This document shows, piece by piece, positions 42,807 through 53,593 of a DNA stretch of 61,867 nucleotides; the stretch's first letter is position 1; each line of letters starts with the position of its first letter. Source of the stretch: Halofilum sp. (in: g-proteobacteria) (GTDB taxonomy: Bacteria; Pseudomonadota; Gammaproteobacteria; XJ16; Halofilaceae); assembly GCA_033721835.1 (NCBI GenBank), contig JAWWAE010000001.1, forward strand, positions 1 to 61,867, in the 5' to 3' direction. A program made the translations under genes and the position numbers. A model generated the notes under the pieces. It was not told the DNA's origin and made no database searches. It saw only the letters and a program-made list of their open reading frames with translations.

Positions 42807-43826
42807 ATGGGCATGCTGATCGAGGGCGTCTGGCACGACCGCTGGTATGACACGAAGAAGCATGGCGGGCGCTTCGTGCGCGAGAGCGCACAGTTTCGCA
42901 ACTGGATCACGCCGGACGGTTCACCCGGCCCGACGGGCGAGGGCGGCTTTCCCGCGCAGGCGGGTCGCTATCACCTGTACGTCTCGCTCGCCTGCCCCTG
43001 GGCCCATCGGGCGCTGATCCTGCGCCGCCTCAAGGGCCTGGAGGACACCATCGGGGTCTCGGTGACGCATCCGCACATGCTGGAGAACGGTTGGGAGTAC
43101 GCCGCCGACATCAGCGACGACCTCCACCGCTTCGAGGGCACCGGCGACCCGATCAACGGCGTGCACTGTCACCACCAGCTCTACACGCAGGTCGACCCGC
43201 ACTACACCGGGCGCGTGACGGTCCCACTGCTGTGGGACCGCGAGCGCGGCACCATCGTCTCGAACGAGTCGGCAGACATCATTCGCATGTTCAACTCCGC
43301 CTTCGTCGGCGTCGCGGGCAACGACGAGGACTTCTGTCCCGAGGACCTGCGGGCCGAGATCGAGCGGATCAACGAGCCGATCTATCACCATGTGAACAAT
43401 GGCGTGTACAAGACCGGTTTCGCCACCACCCAGGAGGCCTACGAGGAGGCGTTCGACGCCCTGTTCGCCGAGCTCGACCGGCTCGACGACCTGCTGGCGG
43501 AGCGGCGCTATCTCTGTGGCGACCGGATCACCGAGGCCGACTGGCGCCTGTTCACTACGCTGGTGCGGTTCGACGCGGTGTACTTTGGCCACTTCAAGTG
43601 CAACCTGCGCCGGATCGCCGACTACCCGCACCTGTCCGGCTACCTGCGCGAGCTGTACCAGTGGCCGGGCGTGCGCGAGACCGTGAACTTCACGCACATC
43701 CAGCACCACTACTACTACAGTCACGGAACCGTGAACCCGACCCGGATCGTGCCCAAGGGTCCCGAGCTCGACCTCGACCGCCCGCACGGCCGCGACCAGT
43801 CGGCGCGCCTGCGCGCGGCCCGCTGA
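42807..43826 (+). CDS. yqjG: Glutathionyl-hydroquinone reductase (Xi/omega-like GST)
   Basis: GRYHLYVSLACPWAHR, TVPLLWD, NESADI, NNGVYKTGF. Confidence 0.92.
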   Translation: MGMLIEGVWHDRWYDTKKHGGRFVRESAQFRNWITPDGSPGPTGEGGFPAQAGRYHLYVSLACPWAHRALILRRLKGLEDTIGVSVTHPHMLENGWEYAADISDDLHRFEGTGDPINGVHCHHQLYTQVDPHYTGRVTVPLLWDRERGTIVSNESADIIRMFNSAFVGVAGNDEDFCPEDLRAEIERINEPIYHHVNNGVYKTGFATTQEAYEEAFDALFAELDRLDDLLAERRYLCGDRITEADWRLFTTLVRFDAVYFGHFKCNLRRIADYPHLSGYLRELYQWPGVRETVNFTHIQHHYYYSHGTVNPTRIVPKGPELDLDRPHGRDQSARLRAAR

Positions 43827-43859
43827 GCGGGCGGTTCCTGCCCCGGGGGTTTGGAAAGG

Positions 43860-44170
43860 TCTCTCGCAAAGGCGCAAAGCACGCCAGGGAAACGCGATCG
43901 ATCCGACGGATCGATGAACGCGAGCAGGCCGATCGAGTGTCTACGCGGGTAGGCCGAACGAAGGAATCTCGCAGAGGCGCAGAGAACGCGGGGAATACGC
44001 GAGGAAATCAATGACCAATCAATTCCTCTGCGTTCTCCGCGCCTCTGCGAGAGATTTCGTCGCTACGCTGGATGCCGAAGCACGCTCCCGGACTGCTCGC
44101 ATCGCCGTATCAGGCCGGTAGAACGCTCATTGCCCTGGCGCTCTTTGCGCCTTGGCGCCTTTGCGAGAGA
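43860..44170. repeat. Nested tandem inverted elements: outer CGCAAAG type, inner CGCAGAG type (43965-44056)
   Basis: tctctcgcaaaggcgcaaag...ctttgcgccttggcgcctttgcgagaga encloses tctcgcagaggcgcagag...ctctgcgttctccgcgcctctgcgaga. Confidence 0.9.
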
Positions 44171-44248
44171 AAACGAACGGCGCCGGCAGGATCGAACGGG
44201 CGGCCGGACCGCGGCAACCGGTTTCCGGGTCAATACCCGGGCGAGGCC

Positions 44249-44458
44249 TCACCCGTCGAGCGTGAAGCCGACCTCGACCGTCACCTGCCAGTGGGACACC
44301 TTGCCGTTGTCGACATGGCCGCGGGTGTCGCGGACCTGGAACCAGCGCATGTTGTGGATCGTCTTCGAGGCCCGCGCGATGGCGTTCTCGACCGCATCCT
44401 CGATGCTCTTGGTCGACGATCCGGTCAGTTCGATGTGCTTGTAGACGTGGTCGCTCAT
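44249..44458 (-). CDS. Dodecin (flavin-binding)
   Basis: [15 protein letters not shown]...AIARASKT...[11 protein letters not shown]. Confidence 0.93.
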   Translation of the reverse strand: MSDHVYKHIELTGSSTKSIEDAVENAIARASKTIHNMRWFQVRDTRGHVDNGKVSHWQVTVEVGFTLDG

Positions 44459-44553
44459 GGCCGTTTCTCCGGGTTGCAGGGCCATCGTCCGTCGCCGTTC
44501 ACGGGCCGTCAAGCCGGTGGGGCAGCTGCCGGTGCCCGCCGCGACGGGCGCTG

Positions 44554-45375
44554 TCAGCCGAGCAGATCGGCGACCAGCGCGTTCCACGGCCCGGAGCCGG
44601 CGAGCCCGCCGCCGCCGTCGACCGGCAGCACGGCACCGGTGACGTGGGCCGCCAGCGGCGAGGCGAGGAACGCCGCCGCGAGGCCGATGTCGTCGGTCCG
44701 GCCGAGGCGGCCGAGCGGCACCAGGCGCCTCGCGCGCTCGGCCGTGTCGCCGGGGAGCAGGCGCCGCACGCCCTCGGTGTCCTCGACCGGGCCGGGCGCG
44801 ATCGCGTTCGCGCGGATACCGTGGCGGCCCCACTCCAGCGCCAGCTGCCGCACCAGCTGCTCGACGCCGGCCTTGGCCGCGCCGACATGGGCCTGGCCGG
44901 CGTAGGGCGCCACTGCCTGGTGGGCCGAGATCATCACGATCGAGCCGCGCGTCTCGCACAGCTGCTCGAACGCCGCCCGCGCAGCGTTGAAGCTGCCGTT
45001 CAGGTCGATGTCGACCACGGCGCGGAAGCCGTTGGCCGACAGCTCCTCGGCGCGGGCGGGAAAGTTGCCGGCGGCACCGCAGACCAGCGTGTGCATCGGG
45101 CCGAGCTCGTCGCGGCTGTGCTCGATCGCCGCGGCGACCGCGTCGGCGTCGCGCACGTCGGCGGGCTTGCTGGCGACCGCGCGGGCGCCGGCGGCCAACA
45201 GCCGCTCGCCGGCCTGCTGCAGGCGTTCGGGATCCCGCCCGCAGAGGCCCACGGCCGCACCGAGGCGGGCGAAGGTCTCGGCGAGGCCGAGGTTGATGCC
45301 GCTGCCGCCGCCGGTGACGAACAGCGTGTGCGAGGCGAACAGGTCGGGCCGCAGCGCGTCCATCGGATCGTTCAT
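44554..45375 (-). CDS. SDR oxidoreductase (2,4-dienoyl-CoA reductase-like)
   Basis: [31 protein letters not shown]. Confidence 0.88.
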   Translation of the reverse strand: MNDPMDALRPDLFASHTLFVTGGGSGINLGLAETFARLGAAVGLCGRDPERLQQAGERLLAAGARAVASKPADVRDADAVAAAIEHSRDELGPMHTLVCGAAGNFPARAEELSANGFRAVVDIDLNGSFNAARAAFEQLCETRGSIVMISAHQAVAPYAGQAHVGAAKAGVEQLVRQLALEWGRHGIRANAIAPGPVEDTEGVRRLLPGDTAERARRLVPLGRLGRTDDIGLAAAFLASPLAAHVTGAVLPVDGGGGLAGSGPWNALVADLLG

Positions 45376-45376
45376 G

Positions 45377-46054
45377 TCACCAGTACCTCACCCGCGGTTT
45401 CCAGGGCAGGACCCCGGCCCAGTAGAGGATCACCAGCAGCCCCGTGGCCATGCCGCCGAGATGTGCGAAATGGGCAATGCCGGCCTGGCTGCCGGTCACC
45501 CCGAGGAACAGCGACAGACCGACCAGGAACAGCACGAAGTACTTGGCCTTCATCGGGATCGGCGGGATCAGCAGCAGGATGTACTGGTTCGGGAAGCGCA
45601 TGCCGAACGCGAGCAGGATCCCGAACACGCCGCCGGACGCGCCGACCGTCGGGTAGAGCGGTCCGCTCCCCAGCGAGGTCACCAGCAGTTGGGTCAGCCC
45701 GGCGCCGACCACACAGATCAGGTAATAGGCGAGAAACCGGCGCGAGCCCCAGATGTATTCCATCTGGGTGCCGAACATCCACAGCACGAACATGTTCAGC
45801 AGCAGGTGGAACAGGCCGCCGTGGAGGAACGAGTAGGTCACCAGTTGCCACAGGTGGAACTGCGGCACCTGCTGACGGCCGAAGCCGGTGTCGATGTACT
45901 CGGGGGTGCCAAGTGGCCAGAGCGCGAAATCGATCTCCAGGCCGAAGCCGCCGAGCATCTGCAGCAGGTACACGACTCCATTGCCGATCAGCAGCGCCTG
46001 GATCACGGGCGGGAAGGCGCCCGTCCGGTTCGGATGGCGGAAGTAGTCGTTCAT
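45377..46054 (-). CDS. Rhomboid intramembrane serine protease
   Basis: HLLLNM, GASGG, AHFAHLGG. Confidence 0.93.
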   Translation of the reverse strand: MNDYFRHPNRTGAFPPVIQALLIGNGVVYLLQMLGGFGLEIDFALWPLGTPEYIDTGFGRQQVPQFHLWQLVTYSFLHGGLFHLLLNMFVLWMFGTQMEYIWGSRRFLAYYLICVVGAGLTQLLVTSLGSGPLYPTVGASGGVFGILLAFGMRFPNQYILLLIPPIPMKAKYFVLFLVGLSLFLGVTGSQAGIAHFAHLGGMATGLLVILYWAGVLPWKPRVRYW

Positions 46055-46106
46055 CGGCTCACGGCTCGTGCAATGCGGCTGAGCATGCGGGTGCGGGGAA
46101 GGCTTT

Positions 46107-46634
46107 TCAACGCGCGGCCACGCTTCGAATCCACTGCATCTGCTCCGGATTCTCGATCGCGCCGGGCCGTGCCCGACGTACCGCGGTGACCGCCTGCTGG
46201 GCCTCGACGCCGCGCTCGATCAGCAGCAGGGCCGCGATCGTGCCGCTGCGCCCGAGCCCGGCGCGGCAATGGACGACCAGCCGGTCGCCCGCGTCCAGGA
46301 TGGCGTGCAGCGCCGGTCCGGCGGTCGCCCAGCCGCTCTCGAAACCGCGCCCCGGCGCGCAGCCGTCGGTGATGGGCAGGTGCCACCACTGCAGACCGGC
46401 CGCGAGCGTTTTCTGTTCCAGGTGCTCCATGCCGAGCAGCGTGATCTCGTAGGGTTGCAGCAGCGTCACCAGCGCGCGCGCGCCCCAGCTCCGCAGCACC
46501 GCCAGGTCCTGCACGAGCGCCGCGGAATCGTCCCCCGGGAGCATGCCGAGCCCGCCGGTGCCCGGGCAGTGCACCAGCCCGATCCGGCCTCCGCCGGGCG
46601 CGGTCACGTTGTCGATGGCCACCGGGTCGTTCAT
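46107..46634 (-). CDS. Dual-specificity / CDKN3-like protein phosphatase
   Basis: HCRAGLGRSG CX5R loop, HLPITD, RPGAIE. Confidence 0.88.
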   Translation of the reverse strand: MNDPVAIDNVTAPGGGRIGLVHCPGTGGLGMLPGDDSAALVQDLAVLRSWGARALVTLLQPYEITLLGMEHLEQKTLAAGLQWWHLPITDGCAPGRGFESGWATAGPALHAILDAGDRLVVHCRAGLGRSGTIAALLLIERGVEAQQAVTAVRRARPGAIENPEQMQWIRSVAAR

Positions 46635-46918
46635 GGGATTGCCGCGGAACCGAACGCGCGTCCGGGCCGTGTCAGGAAGATACGCTGCCATCGTACCGCA
46701 TCGGCGGGAGCCGCGAATGGAAGGGAGAACGGTCCGTCATGCCGGGGAGCGCGGCGACGCGGCAATCGGCCACGCACTTGCCTGGATACCGGATTGCCTG
46801 GCTGCGCTCCCGGTGACGGGAGTCAATGCGCTTGCGCCTCGACAGGCGCCTGCACCGTCATTGCAGCGCCGTGCATTCGTCGGCGGATGCGCGTCCATGG
46901 CTTCGCCGACTGTTGATG

Positions 46919-46932
46919 TTGATCAGGGTCAA
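46919..46932. promoter_or_regulatory. Putative FNR box
   Basis: TTGAT-cagg-GTCAA, the same half-sites as the ccoN box; intergenic, 66 nt before the RDD gene. Confidence 0.55.
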
Positions 46933-46998
46933 GGCCGCGGCTTTCAATACTGCATGCCGGGGGTTGCCGGAGGCGGGCCGGGGCGGCAAGCTGCGCCG

Positions 46999-47481
46999 AT
47001 GGCGGACAACCTGCAGTACGCCGGCATCGCCCGGCGCTTCGCCGCCGCGGCGGTCGACCTGGCCATTCTTGGTGCGGTGGTCGCACTGGTCGCGTTGCAG
47101 CAGCCGGCCGCCGACTGGCCAGGCATGGCCATGGGCCTGTTCGTGCTGGGTTCGGCACTGGCAATGTTCTATCGCATGCTGTCGGAAGGCTCCTCGTTGC
47201 AGGCCACGCCCGGCAAGTACCTGCTCGGCCTGCGGGCAATTCACCCCGATGGCCGCACGATGATGTTCGTCGCCTCCGCCCTGCGCTCGTGGCCATGGTG
47301 GCTCACCGGCGCCATCGGCGCGCTCGCGCCCGCGTTGATGCCGCTGGCCGGCGCGTTGAGCCTGATCGCGCTGGCGCCCATTGTCTGGGACGAGCAGCGG
47401 CGCGGCCTGCACGACCGCATGGCGGGCACGGTGGTGGTCCTGCGTGCACGCGAGCCGCAGACCGGCGGAGACCATGTCTGA
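46999..47481 (+). CDS. RDD family membrane protein
   Basis: YAGIARRFAAAAVD, QATPGK, RRGLHDRMAGTVV. Confidence 0.9.
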   Translation: MADNLQYAGIARRFAAAAVDLAILGAVVALVALQQPAADWPGMAMGLFVLGSALAMFYRMLSEGSSLQATPGKYLLGLRAIHPDGRTMMFVASALRSWPWWLTGAIGALAPALMPLAGALSLIALAPIVWDEQRRGLHDRMAGTVVVLRAREPQTGGDHV

Positions 47482-48073
47482 GCACCTGAAGCTGCGCGAG
47501 TATTTCGGCATCGGGATCGCCGACTGCGTCGAGACCCTGGCCGAGCTGCGCATGGCGGTATTCCGGGACTGGCCCTATCTGTACGCGGGCGACCTCGACT
47601 ACGAGCTCGAGTACCTGGACGCCTACGTGCAGTCGCCACGCGCCTTTGCCATGGTGGTCTACGACGATCAGCGGCCGGTGGGCGCCACTACCGCGCTGCC
47701 ACTGGCAGATGACGACGAGGCCCTGCAGCAGCCCGTCCGCGAAGCCGGCATCGAGGTGGAGGGGGTGTTCTATTTCGGCGAGTCGATTCTGCTGCCCGAA
47801 TACCGGGGACAGGGCCTCTACCGGCGCTTCTTCAAGGCCCGCGAGCAGCATGCGCGGTCATTCGGCGATTATGACTGGGCCGCGTTCTGCAGCGTCCAGC
47901 GGCCGGCCCACCATCCCGCACGGCCATCGGACTACGTCCCCCACGACGCCACCTGGCGCCGCTACGGCTTCGAGCCGCGCCCGGACATCATCGCCCAATT
48001 CCCCTGGCAGGACATCGGCGAAGAGGCCGAGACCCACAAGCCGCTGGAGTTCTGGCTCAAGCCACTTGCGTAG
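47474..48073 (+). CDS. GNAT-family acetyltransferase
   Basis: LRMAVFRDWPYLY, YFGESILLPEYRGQG, FCSVQRP...FWLK. Confidence 0.88.
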   Translation: MSEHLKLREYFGIGIADCVETLAELRMAVFRDWPYLYAGDLDYELEYLDAYVQSPRAFAMVVYDDQRPVGATTALPLADDDEALQQPVREAGIEVEGVFYFGESILLPEYRGQGLYRRFFKAREQHARSFGDYDWAAFCSVQRPAHHPARPSDYVPHDATWRRYGFEPRPDIIAQFPWQDIGEEAETHKPLEFWLKPLA

Positions 48074-48080
48074 TTGCCTG

Positions 48081-48350
48081 AACCGCGAATGGACGCGAAT
48101 CGGACCGCGTCAGCGGCCCGGCCGAGTCAGAGTAGTGTTTGGAGCGGGTCGCCGCCGGCAGGTATTGAAGAACCACGAATGGACACGAATGCACACGAAT
48201 ATAACGACGGGCTTGCAAGGATGACGTAGGTGCGCTTTTGCGAAGCAAACGCGTACGCCCGCGTTGCAACGGAATGTACGCGTTCGCCTGCGGCGAAAGC
48301 GCACCTACGAATTCCTATTCGTGTTTATTCGTGTTCATTCGTGGTTCTTC
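48081..48350. repeat. Lone CGCGAAT arm (48081-48100) plus full composite element (48167-48350) with REP doublet 48226-48308
   Basis: gaagaaccacgaat-ggacacgaat-gcacacgaat ... GTAG REP doublet ... attcgtg x3 ending ggttcttc. Confidence 0.92.
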
Positions 48351-48352
48351 CA

Positions 48353-50170
<1,818 letters not shown>

Positions 50171-50481
50171 GCGGGCGGTCCGCGGTCAGGGGCGGCGCAT
50201 TATCCGCGATATCGCCGGCACGTCCAGCCGGTCGTCGGGCCGGGGCCGCGCCGGCGGCCCCGGAGAGGGGCCGGGGCCCCGCCCACCGGCGGCTCCCTGG
50301 GCCCCGGGGCGCGAAAAAAGGATTGGCATTCGCCCGCCGAGTTGTGCATCATCGGCGCCGCAGTGGCTTTCTGATCGTCCATTGGGTAGTACCGCACCAC
50401 ACACGCAGTTACTCCCGATCGTGTCTCAGAACGACCTGCAACATCCGATCTGATCGATAATAAGTATCGAGGAGTAGCTTA

Positions 50482-50685
50482 ATGAGTACTGGTACTGTCA
50501 AGTGGTTCGACGATTCGAAGGGCTTCGGCTTCATCACCCCCTCCGACGGCGGCAAGGACGTGTTCGTCCACTATTCCGCCATCGAGGGTGACGGCTTCAA
50601 GAGCCTGGCCGAGGGCCAGACCGTCGAGTTCGAGACCCAGACCACCCAGAAGGGCCTGGCGGCCGCCAACGTCCGCAAGACCTGA
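50482..50685 (+). CDS. Cold-shock protein (CspA family)
   Basis: GTVKWF...KGFGFI...DVFVHYS. Confidence 0.96.
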   Translation: MSTGTVKWFDDSKGFGFITPSDGGKDVFVHYSAIEGDGFKSLAEGQTVEFETQTTQKGLAAANVRKT

Positions 50686-50710
50686 GGTCACTCGACCACC
50701 AGCAGTTCGG

Positions 50711-50741
50711 GAAACCCCGCTCCGGCGGGGTTTTTCTTTTT
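50711..50741 (+). terminator. Rho-independent terminator after csp
   Basis: aaaccccgc-tccg-gcggggtttttcttttt. Confidence 0.85.
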
Positions 50742-50753
50742 CTGGGGATGATG

Positions 50754-51085
50754 GAACCGCGAATGGACGCGAATGAACGCGAATCAAACGACGGGGTCGC
50801 CAGGATGATGTAGGTGCGCTTTTGCGAAGCAAACACGTACGCCACCGTTGCAACAACACGTACGCGTTCGCCTGCGGCGAAAGCGCACCTACCCGTCATT
50901 GCGAGCGCAGCGAAGCAATCCAGGGTCAGCGGCATTCACGATTCTGGATTGCTTCGTCGCTCCGCTCCTCGCAATGACGGGATCCCTCTCGAGCCCACTG
51001 CGCTCGACGCCACCGCCAGCGAAGCCCTGAGGCGCCGCACGCACTGACGCGCCCATTCGCGTTCATTCGCGTCCATTCGCGGTTC
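50754..51085. repeat. Composite element: CGCGAAT arms enclosing a GTAG REP doublet (50810-50892) and a CGTC-type palindrome (50892-50981)
   Basis: gaaccgcgaat-ggacgcgaat-gaacgcgaat ... ccgtcattgcgagcgcagcgaagcaatccag...ctggattgcttcgtcgctccgctcctcgcaatgacgg ... attcgcg x3. Confidence 0.92.
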
Positions 51086-51102
51086 ATTTTCTTGTATGAG
51101 CG

Positions 51103-52197
51103 TCACGCCTGGTGCGGGCGGTGGTGGTACTCGCGGGTCTGCATCTCGCGCAGGCGGCTGGCGGTGCGCTGGAACTCGAAGGTCAGGCGCTCGCCGTGGT
51201 ACAGGTCCTCCGGCTGCGCATCGGCCGAGGCGTACAGGCGCACGTTGCGGTCATAGAAGGTATCGATCAGATTGATGAAGCGGCGGGCCGCGTCGTCGTC
51301 GTGGGCTCCCATGCGCGGGATGCGCCGCACCAGTACCGTGTGAAAGAAGCGCGCGATCTCCAGGTAGTCCTTCGACGAACGGTGGCTGCGGCACAGCGAC
51401 AGGAAGTCGAACCAGGCGACGCCGTCCGACCAGTACACGACATTGATGCGCCGGCCGTTGACGACGATCCAGTCGCGCTTGCGGTGGGCGATTGCCACTG
51501 CCCGCTCGAATGTATCCACCAGCGCCATGTCGGCCTCGCGGCTGTGGGGGACGTGCCAGGCCGTCGCATCGCCGAGGTTGCGCAGCCGCCAGTCGGTGCC
51601 GCCATCGATCTTGATCACTTCGGTATGCCGCTGCATCAGGTCGATCGCAGGCAGGAACTGCTCGCGCTGCAGTCCGTCCTTGTACAGGCCCTTCGGCGGC
51701 ACGTTGGAGGTGGTCACGAGTGTCACGCCGCGATCGAACAGCCCGCGCAGCAGCCCGTACATCAGCATGGCGTCGGTGATGTCATTGACGTGCATCTCGT
51801 CGAGGCACAGCACCCGCGCGCGACCGGCGAAGTGATCGGCCACTCGCTCCAGCGGGTTCTCGATCTCGCCCAGCTCGCGCAGCTGCTCATGGACGAGGAA
51901 CATGAAGCGGTGGAAGTGCAGCCGCAGCTTGTCGTGGAACGGCAGGCTGTCGTGGAACAGGTCGAACAGGTGGGTCTTGCCGGTGCCGACGCCGCCCCAG
52001 GCATAGAGGCCGCACACCGGCGGCGGCCGCCGCCCGAGGGTGGCGGCCACCCGCGCACGGACCCCGCTGCGACGCTCGCCATCGCGGACCAGCCGCTGGT
52101 GCAGATCCTCGAAGGCCTCGATGGCCTGTTCCTGGGCGGGATCCGGCAGCAGTTTGCCGCTGTCGACCGCCTGGCGATATTGCTCGCGGGGTGACAT
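51103..52197 (-). CDS. zapE: Cell division ATPase ZapE (AFG1 family)
   Basis: GLYAWGGVGTGKT, RLHFHRFM, LCLDE, TTSN, RRFINLID, FQRTASRL. Confidence 0.94.
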   Translation of the reverse strand: MSPREQYRQAVDSGKLLPDPAQEQAIEAFEDLHQRLVRDGERRSGVRARVAATLGRRPPPVCGLYAWGGVGTGKTHLFDLFHDSLPFHDKLRLHFHRFMFLVHEQLRELGEIENPLERVADHFAGRARVLCLDEMHVNDITDAMLMYGLLRGLFDRGVTLVTTSNVPPKGLYKDGLQREQFLPAIDLMQRHTEVIKIDGGTDWRLRNLGDATAWHVPHSREADMALVDTFERAVAIAHRKRDWIVVNGRRINVVYWSDGVAWFDFLSLCRSHRSSKDYLEIARFFHTVLVRRIPRMGAHDDDAARRFINLIDTFYDRNVRLYASADAQPEDLYHGERLTFEFQRTASRLREMQTREYHHRPHQA

Positions 52198-52339
52198 CGA
52201 TCCTGTTCTTCGGGGCTGTTGGCGCGCGGCCGAGCGCAAGATTGTCCGGGAGCCGGCCCGCGGGGGCAACCGGGCCCGGGTGGACCGCCGTTGCACGCTG
52301 CCGGAGCCCGGATGGAGGCGCAGCCGAAATTCGGGTCCC

Positions 52340-52418
52340 GGCTTGCTCGCTCCGTGCCCGGCCTTACCCTTCGGCCCTGCGCTGCGCGCAGCGTCGATTC
52401 GCTCCCGGCGGGTTGGTC
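52340..52418. repeat. Degenerate copy of the RtT-like core away from any tRNA
   Basis: cccttcgg...attcgctcccggcgggttggtc versus attcgctcccggcggattggtc at about 32051-32072. Confidence 0.6.
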
Positions 52419-52454
52419 CGTCTCGCTGCATCCGGGCTCCGCCGGTTGCCCGAT

Positions 52455-52524
52455 TGGTTCCCGACCATGGGTCGCTCCTGCGGTCCCTCATTGGAATGCA
52501 GGAGCGACCCATGGTCGCGAACCA
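52455..52524. repeat. REP-like inverted pair (GCAGGAGCGACCCATGGTCGCGA)
   Basis: 27-bp arms at 52455-52481 and 52498-52524 with one mismatch; downstream of the LysR gene. Confidence 0.82.
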
Positions 52525-52567
52525 GCGATGAACGGCGTGGATCGTGGAACCCGCGACGCCGCCTCGA

Positions 52568-53464
52568 TCAGGCCGCGGGCGGGTCCGTGGCCTGGGTTAC
52601 CAGCCAGTCCCGGAACCGAGCCGCCTCGGGGCGCAGCTCGTGTTCGCCCGGCCAGGTCGCATGGAAGGCCTCGTCGATCGGCATCGGCGGGTCGAATGGC
52701 GCGACCAGCCAGCCTTGGTCGAGCGGCTGCCCGACCAGCGACCAGCGCCCGAGCGCCACGCCCGCCCCTTCCTGGGCCAGCTTCAGCGGCAGGATCGCGG
52801 TGTCGAAGTGCGAGCCGCGCCCGCCGTCGACCCGGTCGTCGAGCCCCGCGCGTTGCAGCCACTCGGGCCAGCCGTTGCGGAAGCCATCGGTGTGCAGCAG
52901 GCGCACCTCGGCCAGCCGTGCCGGGTCCGAATCGAGCCGCCGGGCCAGCCCCGGCGAGCACACCGGCAGCAGGTATTCGCGCGCGATCCGGTGCGTCTCC
53001 AGCTCGGTCCACTCGCCCATCCCGTAGCGGACCTCCAGGTCGACACCGGACTCGACGAAATCGGCGCTCCACACCGTCGACAGCACGCGCAGGTCGAGGT
53101 CCGGGTGGTGTTCGAAGAAATCGTGCAGGCGCGGCGCCAGCCAGAATTCGCCGAAGCCGGGCGTCGCGCGGATGGTGACCAGGTCGGTGCGGGTATAGCC
53201 GAACAGTTCCTGCGTGCCGTGGGTCAGCCGCTCGAAGGCGTCGAGCACGGTCGGCAGGTAGGCCTTGCCGGCCTCGGTGAGCTGCAGGCTCTGTGGCAGG
53301 CGGTGGAACAACGGCTGGCCGAGGCGGTCCTCGAGCAGCCGAACCTGCTGGCTGACTGCGGATTGCGTGACATGCAGCTCCTCGGCGGCCCGCGTGAAGC
53401 TCATGTGGCGCGCCGCGGCCTCGAAGGTCCGCAGCCAGTTCGGCGGCGGCAGGGGACGCAGCAT
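52568..53464 (-). CDS. LysR regulator, GcvA-like (BetR-like position)
   Basis: LPPPNWLRTFEAAARHMSFTRAAEELHVTQSAVSQQVR; divergent from the sulfatase. Confidence 0.92.
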   Translation of the reverse strand: MLRPLPPPNWLRTFEAAARHMSFTRAAEELHVTQSAVSQQVRLLEDRLGQPLFHRLPQSLQLTEAGKAYLPTVLDAFERLTHGTQELFGYTRTDLVTIRATPGFGEFWLAPRLHDFFEHHPDLDLRVLSTVWSADFVESGVDLEVRYGMGEWTELETHRIAREYLLPVCSPGLARRLDSDPARLAEVRLLHTDGFRNGWPEWLQRAGLDDRVDGGRGSHFDTAILPLKLAQEGAGVALGRWSLVGQPLDQGWLVAPFDPPMPIDEAFHATWPGEHELRPEAARFRDWLVTQATDPPAA

Positions 53465-53482
53465 GGGGCCTCCGCGGCCCGC

Positions 53483-53497
53483 ATTAACTGAACTAAG
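53483..53497. promoter_or_regulatory. LysR recognition box
   Basis: ATTA-actgaac-TAAG (T-N11-A) in the AT-rich divergent intergenic region. Confidence 0.6.
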
Positions 53498-53593
53498 GCT
53501 AACACGGAAATTTCGTCGTTTGTGCCGCGCCCGCGCGGAGCCGACACTCGGGAGGTTCAAGCTACGGCATTTGCGCGCGCGGAGTAGGCACCC

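Noticed and set aside
50323-50481. cspA-type thermosensor 5' UTR
   Set aside because: A long leader and possible promoter are present, but I cannot verify the structure by eye, so it is not called as a feature
50814-51047. Short ORFs recurring in the repeats (MRFCEANxYA...; also at 48230 and 37408)
   Set aside because: They are translations of the REP doublet with variable lengths and no evidence of being genes
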